30,774 nt of DNA from a virus (IMGVR_UViG_3300037313_002204:1-30774); one strand, 5' to 3'; numbered from the stretch's first letter, positions 8,404 to 16,638 are shown. Notes: generated by a model from the sequence alone, not told the origin. Made by a program: numbers and translations.

Positions 8404-10222
8404 GCGGGAGCGTCCGGTGCGCGATCATGTCGAGATCGAGCCGGGCGCGATCCTGCACGGCATGGCGGAAGACTTGGTGGCGCTGACCCGTCGCGCGCCG
8501 ATCACCCCCGCGTCCTATAACGCCGACGCGCAGACCGTTGAGGCCGTCATTTCGACCGGCGCACCCGTCCGCCGCCGCGATGCGCGTGGTGTCTACGTCG
8601 AGCGGCTGGACCTGTCGTCAGTCGCCCCCGAGTCGCTGATCGGGCTTCCCGTGCTCGACAATCACCGTTCGACCGGCAGCGAGCATGTCGTCGGCGTGAT
8701 CACCGAAGCGCGTCGCGAGCCTGCCGGGCTCGTGGCGACCATCCGCTTGTCGCAGGCCGACGACGCATCGTCGGTCCGCATCAAGGTGGCCGAAGGCGTC
8801 CTTCGGGGCGTGTCCATCGGTTACGGCGAAGTCTCGCGCGTCGAGACGACCGAGAACGGCGAGCGTGTTCGCATCATCACTCCCCGCATCCGCGAAGCCT
8901 CGTTTGTAGCAACCCCGGCCGACCCGGCCGCTGTCATTAGGAGCGTTCCCATGGAACCTGAAGAGATCGAAACCCCGACGGTGGCCGAAAACCGCGCCGC
9001 CGTCCGCGAGCTTGTCCGCAACGCTGGCGAGCCCGTCGAAGTCGCGGACGATTATATCGACCGCGAACTGACCGAGACCGAAATCCGCGCCGACCTGTTC
9101 GACCGGATGCTGTCGCGGTCCCGCCGCACGCCGACCATCCGCGTGCAGTCCCCGGCCGCCGAAGAGCCGGCCGCCCGCGTCTGCGCGATGGAAGAGGCGC
9201 TGCACGTCCGCGTTGCCGGTGGCACGCCGACCGACGCCGCCCGGCCGTTCATGGGCCACACGCTCCGGGATTTCGCCCGCGAGTGCGTCGAAGCGCGGGG
9301 GCAGTCGACTCGCGGCATGGACACGGACCAGCTTTTCCGCGCCGCCATGCACACCACGTCCGACTTCCCGAACCTGTTGACCGGCGTGGGCCGCCGCACC
9401 CTCATGGCGTCCTATACGGCCGCCGCGTCGCCCTTGAAGGCGCTGGCACGGCAGAGCACCCGCACCGACTTCCGGTCGGGCTCGACCCTCCGGCTGGGCG
9501 AACTTGGCGCGCTTCAGAAGGTCAGCGAGTCGGGCGAGATCAAGTCCGTCACACGCGGCGAGGCGGCCGAGTCCTACGCCCTCGACACCTACGGCGCGTT
9601 GTTCGCGATCAGCCGGAAGGCGCTCGTGAATGACGATCTTGGCGCGTTCAACGATTGGGCCAACGCTGCCGGGCAGGCGTCCGCGCAGACCGAAGCGGCG
9701 CTTTTGTGGAACCTGCTTTCGCAGGCGAGCGGGGCCGGTCCGGTCATGGGCGAGGATGGCAAGCGCCTCTTCCACGCCGATCACGGCAACCTCCTGACGG
9801 GGGCCACCCTGTCGGAAGATAGCCTGTCGGCCGCCCGGCTCGCCCTTCGGACCCGGAAGGGGCTCGACGGCAAGACCGTCATCACGGTTACGCCGAAGTT
9901 CCTCGTCGTCGGGCCGGAACTGGAAACGACCGCCGAGAAGCTGTTGACGGCGATCAATGCGACCACGACCGACGACGTGAATCCGTTCGCGGGCAAGCTC
10001 ACGCTCGCCGTCGAGCCGCGTATCGCGGACGATCAATGGTTCCTCTTCGCCGATCCCGCCACGCTGCCGGTGCTGGAATACAGCTACCTTTCCAGCGCGC
10101 CGGGGCCGCAGATGGCGAGCCGTGAAGGCTGGGAAACCCTGTCGGTCGAATATCGTGTCTACCTCGACTTCGGGGCGGGCGCTGTCGATTGGCGCGGTGC
10201 CGTCCGCAACCCCGGAGCCTGA
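8369..10222 (+). CDS. Prohead protease / major capsid protein fusion
   Basis: Protease part: PVLDNH, GVSIGY, EASFVATPAD. Capsid part: HTTSDFPNLL, SRKALVNDDLGAF, LFHADHGNL, LDFGAGAVDWRG. RBS AAGGAG. Confidence 0.9.
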   Translation: MVAKVGHKKIPKRERPVRDHVEIEPGAILHGMAEDLVALTRRAPITPASYNADAQTVEAVISTGAPVRRRDARGVYVERLDLSSVAPESLIGLPVLDNHRSTGSEHVVGVITEARREPAGLVATIRLSQADDASSVRIKVAEGVLRGVSIGYGEVSRVETTENGERVRIITPRIREASFVATPADPAAVIRSVPMEPEEIETPTVAENRAAVRELVRNAGEPVEVADDYIDRELTETEIRADLFDRMLSRSRRTPTIRVQSPAAEEPAARVCAMEEALHVRVAGGTPTDAARPFMGHTLRDFARECVEARGQSTRGMDTDQLFRAAMHTTSDFPNLLTGVGRRTLMASYTAAASPLKALARQSTRTDFRSGSTLRLGELGALQKVSESGEIKSVTRGEAAESYALDTYGALFAISRKALVNDDLGAFNDWANAAGQASAQTEAALLWNLLSQASGAGPVMGEDGKRLFHADHGNLLTGATLSEDSLSAARLALRTRKGLDGKTVITVTPKFLVVGPELETTAEKLLTAINATTTDDVNPFAGKLTLAVEPRIADDQWFLFADPATLPVLEYSYLSSAPGPQMASREGWETLSVEYRVYLDFGAGAVDWRGAVRNPGA

Positions 10223-10224
10223 TC

Positions 10225-10443
10225 ATGGCCGCGTCGCTGGCCGATCTGATCACGTGGCGGGACGCGCTCTTCGAAGCCCGTCTTCAGGGCGTGCGCGAGT
10301 TCCGCGACCAGAACGGCGAAACCGTCGTCTACAAGACCGATCAGCAGATGGCCGCCGCCCTCGCGGCGGCCGACGCGGCTATCGCGGCCGCGCAACGCAA
10401 GCCCCCCAGCACCATCAAATTCAGAACCTCGAAAGGACTCTGA
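10225..10443 (+). CDS. gpW-like head completion (head-tail joining) protein
   Basis: 72 aa with a helix-hairpin-helix pattern (GVREFRDQNGETVVYKTDQQM) ending SKGL, directly after the capsid gene. Confidence 0.7.
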   Translation: MAASLADLITWRDALFEARLQGVREFRDQNGETVVYKTDQQMAAALAAADAAIAAAQRKPPSTIKFRTSKGL

Positions 10444-10445
10444 CC

Positions 10446-10772
10446 ATGCGCAATTACATTCAGCCGGGCGTCAACCTGACCCTTCCCGCTCCGGCCGCCG
10501 TCGTCTCCGGGGAAGTCGTCGTGATCGGCGATCTTCATGGTGTTGCCGCTGGCGACGCCGCCGTCGGCGCGGACCTCGACCTTGTGACCGAAGGCGTCTT
10601 CGAACTGCCCAAGGTTTCGACCGACCTCTTCAGCATCGGCGATCCCGTCTATTTCGATGCGGCCACGAAGCTGGTCACGGCCGACGACGACGAGGGCGAT
10701 AATGCCCTGATCGGCGTGGCCGTCACGACGGCCGCCAACCCCAGCGGGACGGTCCACGTCAAGCTGATCTGA
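10446..10772 (+). CDS. DUF2190-family capsid cement/decoration protein
   Basis: MRNYIQPG...VVSGEVVVIG...GVA...TEGVFELPK...GDPVYFD. RBS AAGGA. The true start is ATG 10446 inside ORF 10122..10772. Confidence 0.85.
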   Translation: MRNYIQPGVNLTLPAPAAVVSGEVVVIGDLHGVAAGDAAVGADLDLVTEGVFELPKVSTDLFSIGDPVYFDAATKLVTADDDEGDNALIGVAVTTAANPSGTVHVKLI

Positions 10773-10855
10773 TTCACCAACAGGCGGGCGTGATCCTGAC
10801 CGCTCCGGCCGCCTGTCCCTTCGGCTGTGTGGGACCGTAACCGTGAGTTGCGGTC

Positions 10856-11026
10856 ATGTTGGAAGAGTTGGTCCACCTTCGGGCGGCCGTGGCTAAACTC
10901 GTCCTCGAAAACCCGGCCTATGCGCCGATCTTCGAGCGACTGGAAATCGAAATCGCCAGCTTGGAAGCATCCGACCCGGTGGCACGGGCGCGGGCCGTCC
11001 TCGCCGGTCAGAAGGCTATCGCCTGA
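10856..11026 (+). CDS. Small helical protein (56 aa) convergent with and overlapping the integrase 3' end
   Basis: MLEELVHLRAAVAKLVLENPAYAPIFERLEIEIASLEASDPVARARAVLAGQKAIA*, translated by hand. Too short to appear in the ORF track. Confidence 0.6.
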   Translation: MLEELVHLRAAVAKLVLENPAYAPIFERLEIEIASLEASDPVARARAVLAGQKAIA

Positions 11027-12285
11027 AGGATGTCCCGCTTGTGTTCCAGCGTTGCGCCAGCCCCATACCGTTCCCGGTCAAGCCGGTGGCCGAAGATGTC
11101 GCGGCGGATTCGTTCATCGACTCCGGCTGCGAGCATCCGGTCTTCGAACGAGTGGCGCAAGCTGTAGAGCACATGGTCGGGCGTTTCGAGCAGCCCGTTA
11201 TCCCGCAGGAACTTGTTGACCGTGGCGCTAAGGCTGGCGCTCGATTCCTGATAGCGCGGGAAGCCGTTGGAGCACTGGCGGAAGGCGTCGAGCGAGACAC
11301 CCACAAGCGGGATGATCCGCTTCGATTGGTCGGTCTTCAGTTGGCGGCCGACCGGCTCAATCGAGATATGCGGGATGTCGTGGTCAAGGCGGATATGCTC
11401 CGGCAGAAGCCCCGCTGCCTCGCTGGGCCGATAGCCGGTGTTGACCATGCCGAGCAAGATGCACCGCGCCTCCGTGTTGAGCCCGTCGAGCACGCCCGGA
11501 GCGAGCAGCTTGGTCTTGATCCATTCGGGGCTGAAGGGCGGCCGCTCGCGCTTGTGCTTCCTGCCGTCCTTGAAGGACATATTGCCGACCGGCAGCACCA
11601 GCCCCAGCCGCTTCATCTTGTTCACGGTCTTCAGCGTGTCGGCGACGTGGATAATGTCTTTGTTGGCGCTGTTCGGCGCGAGCCCTTCCGACGCCAGCCG
11701 GTCAACCCACCAATCCCGGAAGTCGAGCATGTCGTCGGCCGTGATGTCGGCAATGCTCTTGTTGCCGACGACGGCGACGAAGTTGCGGATGGCCTTGATG
11801 CGCAGATTCTTCCATCGGCGAAGCTGGTCTTCGCTCTTGCCGATGGTCCGGTCCTTCGCCAGCGTCCAGAAGAGTTCAAGCGCCCGCTCGACCGTGATCG
11901 GCGGTTCCTTCGCCCCGCCGAGGATGGCCGCCGCCTCGATCCGGTCGGGCTCGCCATCCGGCCGCACGACGGCGCGGACACGTTCAAGGAACTCTTCGCG
12001 GGGCAGCTTGGCGACACGATCCGCCGTGAGGTAGCGGAAGCCCCGAACTTGGGCGAGTTCCCGTGCCGCCTCGAAACGGCGTTCGGCGTCCTCGCTGTCG
12101 CCCGCAAGGCGGGCTTCCCATGCTTCGATCATGTGCGACCACGCGGTCGGGGCCTTCTGCCGGGCGACGGTTTCGGAATCAGTGTGCAGGCTGATCCAGA
12201 CGACGGCGCGGGGCTCGATAGGCTGGTAGCGCTTCGGGACGCGCTTGATCAGGTGGAAGGTCTTGTTGCGGCGTTTTACGTTCAT
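11008..12285 (-). CDS. int: Tyrosine recombinase/integrase with DUF6538-like N-terminal arm-binding domain
   Basis: KRVPKRY...WISLHTDS N-terminus and catalytic GYRPSE, LKT, YSLRHSF, GH and RYG motifs. ATG at 12285 is preferred. Confidence 0.92.
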   Translation of the reverse strand: MNVKRRNKTFHLIKRVPKRYQPIEPRAVVWISLHTDSETVARQKAPTAWSHMIEAWEARLAGDSEDAERRFEAARELAQVRGFRYLTADRVAKLPREEFLERVRAVVRPDGEPDRIEAAAILGGAKEPPITVERALELFWTLAKDRTIGKSEDQLRRWKNLRIKAIRNFVAVVGNKSIADITADDMLDFRDWWVDRLASEGLAPNSANKDIIHVADTLKTVNKMKRLGLVLPVGNMSFKDGRKHKRERPPFSPEWIKTKLLAPGVLDGLNTEARCILLGMVNTGYRPSEAAGLLPEHIRLDHDIPHISIEPVGRQLKTDQSKRIIPLVGVSLDAFRQCSNGFPRYQESSASLSATVNKFLRDNGLLETPDHVLYSLRHSFEDRMLAAGVDERIRRDIFGHRLDRERYGAGATLEHKRDILQAIAF

Positions 12286-12322
12286 GCCGCCACCATGCGC
12301 GGGGTGGCCGCGTATGGCAATA

Positions 12323-12410
12323 TGTGCAGCGCGTTGTGCAGCAAAATCACAAACTACGACGCCGGATTTCACCCCAAAAGCGCAGAAATCCTAGTAATAT
12401 CAATAGTTTA
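12323..12410 (+). promoter_or_regulatory. Right arm-type repeats and IHF site
   Basis: TGTGCAGC at 12323 and 12335 (12-bp period). TATCAATAGTTTA at 12398-12410 is a perfect WATCAANNNNTTR match. Confidence 0.65.
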
Positions 12411-12433
12411 TGCGCGGTTGGCTTGGAGGGAAA

Positions 12434-12541
12434 TTGGCGCGCCTCGAAGGTGATACTTCGAACGCGCTCTTTGAGGTTTTGGCCGATTGGAACCACCAAT
12501 TAAAGCACTCTAAGACCGATTTGCGGGGGCCAAGACCATGA
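12434..12541 (+). pseudogene. Possible detached C-terminal tail of a serine integrase split at att
   Basis: Open frame LARLEGDTSNALFEVLADWNHQLKHSKTDLRGPRP* starts at the att core. Its TGA overlaps the mobC ATG (ATGA). Confidence 0.4.
12435..12450 (-). other. Degenerate att core (tRNA-Arg 3' end-like)
   Basis: GAAATTGGCGCGCCTCGA here versus GAAATGGCGCACCCGA at 314-329. Confidence 0.5.
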
Positions 12542-12972
12542 CCGCCGCCAATCATAAGAAACCGGGTTCCGGTAGCAAGCCCTTTACCGTCCGCCTGTCC
12601 GATACCGAACGATCCGACCTTGAGCATCGTGCAGGCGCAATGCCGCTCGGCGCGTATGTGAAATGCGTCCTGTTTGACGATGGCGATAAGAAGGAGCATC
12701 GCGGTCCTCGCGCGCCGGTGCAGGACCGCGCGGCAATGGCGTCCCTGCTGGCACGGATGGGAGCAAGCCGGACGGCGGAATGGTTGGCGATGCTGGCCCA
12801 TGCCGCCGAAAGCGGTTCGCTCGCCGTCGATGCCGAAACCACCGCGAAGCTGCATCAAGCCTGCCACGACGTTCTCGTTGTCCGTCTGCTGCTGATGCAG
12901 GCGCTCGGCTTTCAGGTCGATGATGACGCCATGTCGTCCGCCCTCGATGATGACGACCGTGAGGTGGCGTGA
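12538..12972 (+). CDS. MobC-like relaxosome accessory protein (ribbon-helix-helix)
   Basis: PFTVRLSDTERSDL...PLGAYVK RHH pattern. Overlaps the relaxase start (GTGA). Confidence 0.7.
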   Translation: MTAANHKKPGSGSKPFTVRLSDTERSDLEHRAGAMPLGAYVKCVLFDDGDKKEHRGPRAPVQDRAAMASLLARMGASRTAEWLAMLAHAAESGSLAVDAETTAKLHQACHDVLVVRLLLMQALGFQVDDDAMSSALDDDDREVA

Positions 12973-14249
12973 TGATCCTCAAAGGTTCACAGCGCGCCGG
13001 AGCAAAGCAGCTTTCGACACATCTGCTCAATACCCGCGACAACGATCATGTCACCGTATTGGAGGTGCGCGGCTTCATCGCCAGCGACCTTCACGGTGCC
13101 TTGGCCGAAGCCTATGCGATTTCCAAGGGGACGAAGTGCAAACAGTTCATGTTTTCATTGAGCCTCAACCCGCCGATGCAGGCTATCGCGGGTGAGGATG
13201 ATTTCCGGCAAGCTGCCGACAAGGCCGAACAGAAGCTTGGCCTTGAAGGACAGCCGCGCGCCATCGTCATGCACGAAAAAGAAGGACGGCGGCACGCCCA
13301 TGTCGTCTGGTCGCGGATCGACCCCGAAACCATGAAGGCGATCAACCTGCCATTCTTCAAGCAAAGGCTGAACGAACTGGCGCGCGAGTTGTACCTTGAG
13401 CATGAATGGACATTGCCGGACGGCCTGCGTCGTGACGGCGGCAAATCGCCGCTCAATTTCACCTTGGCAGAATGGCAGCAGGCAAAACGCCTCAATCTCG
13501 ATCCCCGCGAAATCCGCCAGAGCTTCATAGAGGCATGGCAACGGTCGGACGATGCCAAGTCCTTCGATGCCGCCTTGCGTGAACGCGGATACTTCCTTGC
13601 CAAAGGGGACAGACGCGGTTTCGTCGCCCTCGATGTGCAAGGCGAGGTCTTCGCCATATCCCGATGGACCAACCTTCGCACGAAGGACGTCCGGGACAAA
13701 TTGGGTGATCCCGACAACCTGCGGCCGCTTGATGAGGTCCGGCAGCAGGTCAAAGGGCTGGTGTCCGACAAGATGCTCGGTTTCATTAAAGACGTTGACC
13801 AACGCCATGATGATGAACTGCGGCCTCTGAACGGGCAGCGCAAGACCATGATCGACGCGCACCGCAAGGAACGGGAGACGGTACGCGCCAAGCAGGAAGA
13901 ACGGTGGCAACAGGAACAGCGCGAACGCTCGCAGCGATACAATAAGGGGCTGCGCGGGTTGTGGGATCGGCTCACGGGCACGGCATCGAATGTTCGCAGC
14001 CAGAACGAACGGGAAGCCATGCAATGCCTGATCCGCGACCGCGATCAACGTGACGATCTGGTGCGCGAACAGATGGCGGACCGGCGGGCATTGCAAAAGC
14101 AGATTGAAACCGTGCGGCGGCGTCACGCCATGAACCGCCGATTGCTTGCCCGCGAAATGGCCCAAGCCCTCGACCGTCTTGAACAGGCAAAAACACAGGA
14201 AGCAGCGGAACGCACCCGGCAAGCCAGCACCCGCACATTGTCACGATAG
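12969..14249 (+). CDS. Relaxase/mobilization nuclease
   Basis: FSLSLNPP and the HUH motif HEKEGRRHAHVVWSRID, followed by a coiled-coil C-terminus with an Arg-rich tail. Confidence 0.88.
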   Translation: MMILKGSQRAGAKQLSTHLLNTRDNDHVTVLEVRGFIASDLHGALAEAYAISKGTKCKQFMFSLSLNPPMQAIAGEDDFRQAADKAEQKLGLEGQPRAIVMHEKEGRRHAHVVWSRIDPETMKAINLPFFKQRLNELARELYLEHEWTLPDGLRRDGGKSPLNFTLAEWQQAKRLNLDPREIRQSFIEAWQRSDDAKSFDAALRERGYFLAKGDRRGFVALDVQGEVFAISRWTNLRTKDVRDKLGDPDNLRPLDEVRQQVKGLVSDKMLGFIKDVDQRHDDELRPLNGQRKTMIDAHRKERETVRAKQEERWQQEQRERSQRYNKGLRGLWDRLTGTASNVRSQNEREAMQCLIRDRDQRDDLVREQMADRRALQKQIETVRRRHAMNRRLLAREMAQALDRLEQAKTQEAAERTRQASTRTLSR

Positions 14250-14339
14250 CCGAAACTGCCGTTCATTCCGCCGAAGAAAGGCCGTGCGACATGACAGTAG
14301 GAATCCTTCCGTTTTCAACGCAAACGGAAAGGTTCGCCT

Positions 14340-16199
14340 ATGTCCCGCAAGTTTCTGAACAAAATCCGCCAAGCCCATGCCGACCTGATCTCGGCGGTGG
14401 AGTCGGCCAAGCTGCCCGACTTTAGCGAGACAGTCGCTCTCATCAAAGAAAGTCCCGTGCTGACGGGGGGCTTGGCAGGCGCAGGATTGACCCTGCTGCT
14501 TGGCAGTGTCGGCCTTCTCGACGGCTATTATCTTCCCGGCGGATATATGCCGCACGACACGACAGCCCTGCGGATCGGCAGCGTGTTGCTGTCAGGTGCG
14601 TCAGGCTTCGCGCTTGGCTGGCTGTTCTCCGACCGTGCCAAGGTGTTGCGCGTCTTCATGTTCGGCGGTGCGGCGGGTATTGCGACTATCGCCACCGTTG
14701 CCGATCATGGCGTTTTGGGCTGGGCGGCGGCTTCGACGTTGAGCATCGGCTGCTTTATGGCCGGGTTCGGCTATTGGTTCGGTCAAGCGACCAGACGTTT
14801 TATGTCGCCTCCCACCACGTTCGGCTCCGCATCATGGGCAACCATGAATGATCTGGAAGCAGGCGGTGTGCTGACCGACGAAGGTTTCCGCCTCGGCTTC
14901 GCCAAAAACGGTGCGCCTCTGTCTTATGGTGGCAACCGACACATGCTCACCATCGCGCCTAACCGCTCGGGTAAAGGTACGACCGTCATCATTCCCAATC
15001 TTCTGACGTGGGAAGGCTCGGTGATGGTGATCGACCCCAAAGGCGAAAACGCGATGATGACGGCAGAACGCCGCCGCACCATCGGACAAAAGGTTTACAT
15101 CGTCGATCCGTGGGGCATTACCGGGGATGATATCGCACGGGTCAATCCGCTTGACTGGCTGCAATCCGGTGATGTCGATATCGGTGACAATGCCATGTTG
15201 CTGGCCGATGCAATCATCGTCGCCAGTGACCATGATCGCTTCTGGGACGAAGAAGCGAAAGGTCTTCTGGTCGGCGTTCTGATTTTCGTTGCCACCGATC
15301 CTTCCGAAAAAGGCCAGCGGCACTTAGGGCGGGTGCGCGACCTTCTGCTGCTCGACGGCGATGATTTGAAGAAGCTGTTTCGGCGTATGCTGGAATCTCC
15401 GCACCATATCGTTCGCTCGGCCGGGGCGCGGTGCCTGCAAAAAGAAGAACGGTTGCTCTCCAACGTGATGGCCTCCGTTCAGGCGCAAACGCATTTTCTG
15501 GATAGTCCGCGCCTGCGCGACAGTCTGGCCGCATCGGATTTCAGCTTCGCCCATTTGAAGGCGGAACGGATGAGCGTCTATCTGGTGCTTCCTTCCGACC
15601 GTCTGAACAGCCACGGGCGATGGTTGCGCCTCCTGCTGCAACAGGCTTTGGCGATGAACGCCCGCAACATCGAACTGATGCCTGACAAGTCCACCCTGTT
15701 CGTCCTCGATGAAATGGCCGCCCTCGGCAAGTTGTCGATGGTGGAACAGGCATTCGGACTGATGGCGGGATACGGAATGCAGATTCACGGCGTGGTGCAG
15801 GACGCCAGCCAGTTGAAGCGGATATATGGTGACGGATGGGAAACCTTCGTCAGCAATGCGGGTGTCGTGCAGTATTTCGGGTCGCGGGACCGCATGACGG
15901 CAGAATATTTCTCTGCCCTGTGCGGCGTGGCGACAGTGTGGAATTTCTCGACCGCCGTGGCACGCGCTTTCGGTGTCAGCCGGGGGAAAGACACCACCTC
16001 GTCCGACTCGACCACCTATACGGAAACCGTGTCCGGCACCCAACGCAAGCTGGCCCATCCTGACGAACTGATGCGGCTTTCCCGGCACGACCAACTCCTG
16101 CTGATCGATAACATGAATCCGATCATCGCAAGCAAGCGGCCATGGTTTGACGATCCCGACCTGCGCGAACTGGGCGTCGATCTGCACGCCGGACGATAA
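14340..16199 (+). CDS. Type IV coupling protein, VirD4/TraG family
   Basis: N-terminal TM helices, FGSASWA, Walker A APNRSGKG, IDPKGEN, Walker B FVLDEMAALG, VQDASQL and PDELMRL. Confidence 0.92.
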   Translation: MSRKFLNKIRQAHADLISAVESAKLPDFSETVALIKESPVLTGGLAGAGLTLLLGSVGLLDGYYLPGGYMPHDTTALRIGSVLLSGASGFALGWLFSDRAKVLRVFMFGGAAGIATIATVADHGVLGWAAASTLSIGCFMAGFGYWFGQATRRFMSPPTTFGSASWATMNDLEAGGVLTDEGFRLGFAKNGAPLSYGGNRHMLTIAPNRSGKGTTVIIPNLLTWEGSVMVIDPKGENAMMTAERRRTIGQKVYIVDPWGITGDDIARVNPLDWLQSGDVDIGDNAMLLADAIIVASDHDRFWDEEAKGLLVGVLIFVATDPSEKGQRHLGRVRDLLLLDGDDLKKLFRRMLESPHHIVRSAGARCLQKEERLLSNVMASVQAQTHFLDSPRLRDSLAASDFSFAHLKAERMSVYLVLPSDRLNSHGRWLRLLLQQALAMNARNIELMPDKSTLFVLDEMAALGKLSMVEQAFGLMAGYGMQIHGVVQDASQLKRIYGDGWETFVSNAGVVQYFGSRDRMTAEYFSALCGVATVWNFSTAVARAFGVSRGKDTTSSDSTTYTETVSGTQRKLAHPDELMRLSRHDQLLLIDNMNPIIASKRPWFDDPDLRELGVDLHAGR

Positions 16200-16203
16200 C
16201 CGC

Positions 16204-16233
16204 AAAGGCCGGGGGCATTGCCTCCGGCCTTTT
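16204..16233 (+). terminator. Intrinsic terminator after the T4CP gene
   Basis: AAAGGCCGGGGG-CATTG-CCTCCGGCCTTTT. Confidence 0.7.
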
Positions 16234-16260
16234 GTCTCTCGTGGAAAAAGGACAGACTCT

Positions 16261-16575
16261 ATGAGCCGCAATCCTTGGAAGCCGTTCAGAGATGCCGTGA
16301 CCGGAACCGCTTCGACCAAAAGCAAGCTGAAATCCCCGTTGGAGTTGAACCCGCCGCGCGACAAGGACAATACCGAACGCCAGCCGAAAGCGCCGACCGG
16401 ACGTTCAGCACCGAATCTGGCTCCGCGCGGCGCGATGGGAACCAAGCGCAGCCTGCCGCCTGCCAAGCCGAAGCAGCCGAAGAAGTCATTCAAGCTCGGC
16501 GTGGGTGGCGAATTGAAGCGCGAGTTCAAGCCGATAGCTCCGCCATCGACCAAAGATCGTGGCCGTGAGCGATAG
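16261..16575 (+). CDS. Basic Pro/Lys-rich hypothetical protein (104 aa)
   Basis: ATG at 16261 with an AAGGA RBS. Ends in KDRGRER. Confidence 0.6.
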   Translation: MSRNPWKPFRDAVTGTASTKSKLKSPLELNPPRDKDNTERQPKAPTGRSAPNLAPRGAMGTKRSLPPAKPKQPKKSFKLGVGGELKREFKPIAPPSTKDRGRER

Positions 16576-16638
16576 AATGATTTGCTATCGCTCTCTTTAT
16601 TGCGGTATTATGAGTGATAGAAAGAGGCTCTATCGCTC
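16567..16638. promoter_or_regulatory. Two palindromic operator-like sites upstream of the Fic gene
   Basis: GAGCGATAG-N9-CTATCGCTC (16567-16593) and GAGTGATAG-N9-CTATCGCTC (16612-16638). Confidence 0.7.

Larger units (their letters stand above)
318..12450. mobile_element. Integrated tailless, capsid-encoding phage satellite-like element (~12.1 kb)
   Basis: Contains rep, TerS, TerL, portal, protease-capsid, gpW-like, DUF2190-like and integrase genes, bounded by TGGCGCRCC att-like copies and matching arm-type repeats. No tail or lysis genes. Confidence 0.8.

Noticed and set aside
8618-10036. 472-aa antisense ORF
   Set aside because: Shadow of the high-GC capsid gene with no recognisable motifs.
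2905-10772. Gene transfer agent cluster
   Set aside because: Its own integrase, replicase, cos site and gpA-type terminase, together with the absence of tail genes, do not fit RcGTA-like organisation.
11041-12453. 470-aa plus-strand ORF
   Set aside because: Antisense shadow of the integrase. The long ORFs 924..1901, 13155..14222 and 15324..16553 were rejected for the same reason.
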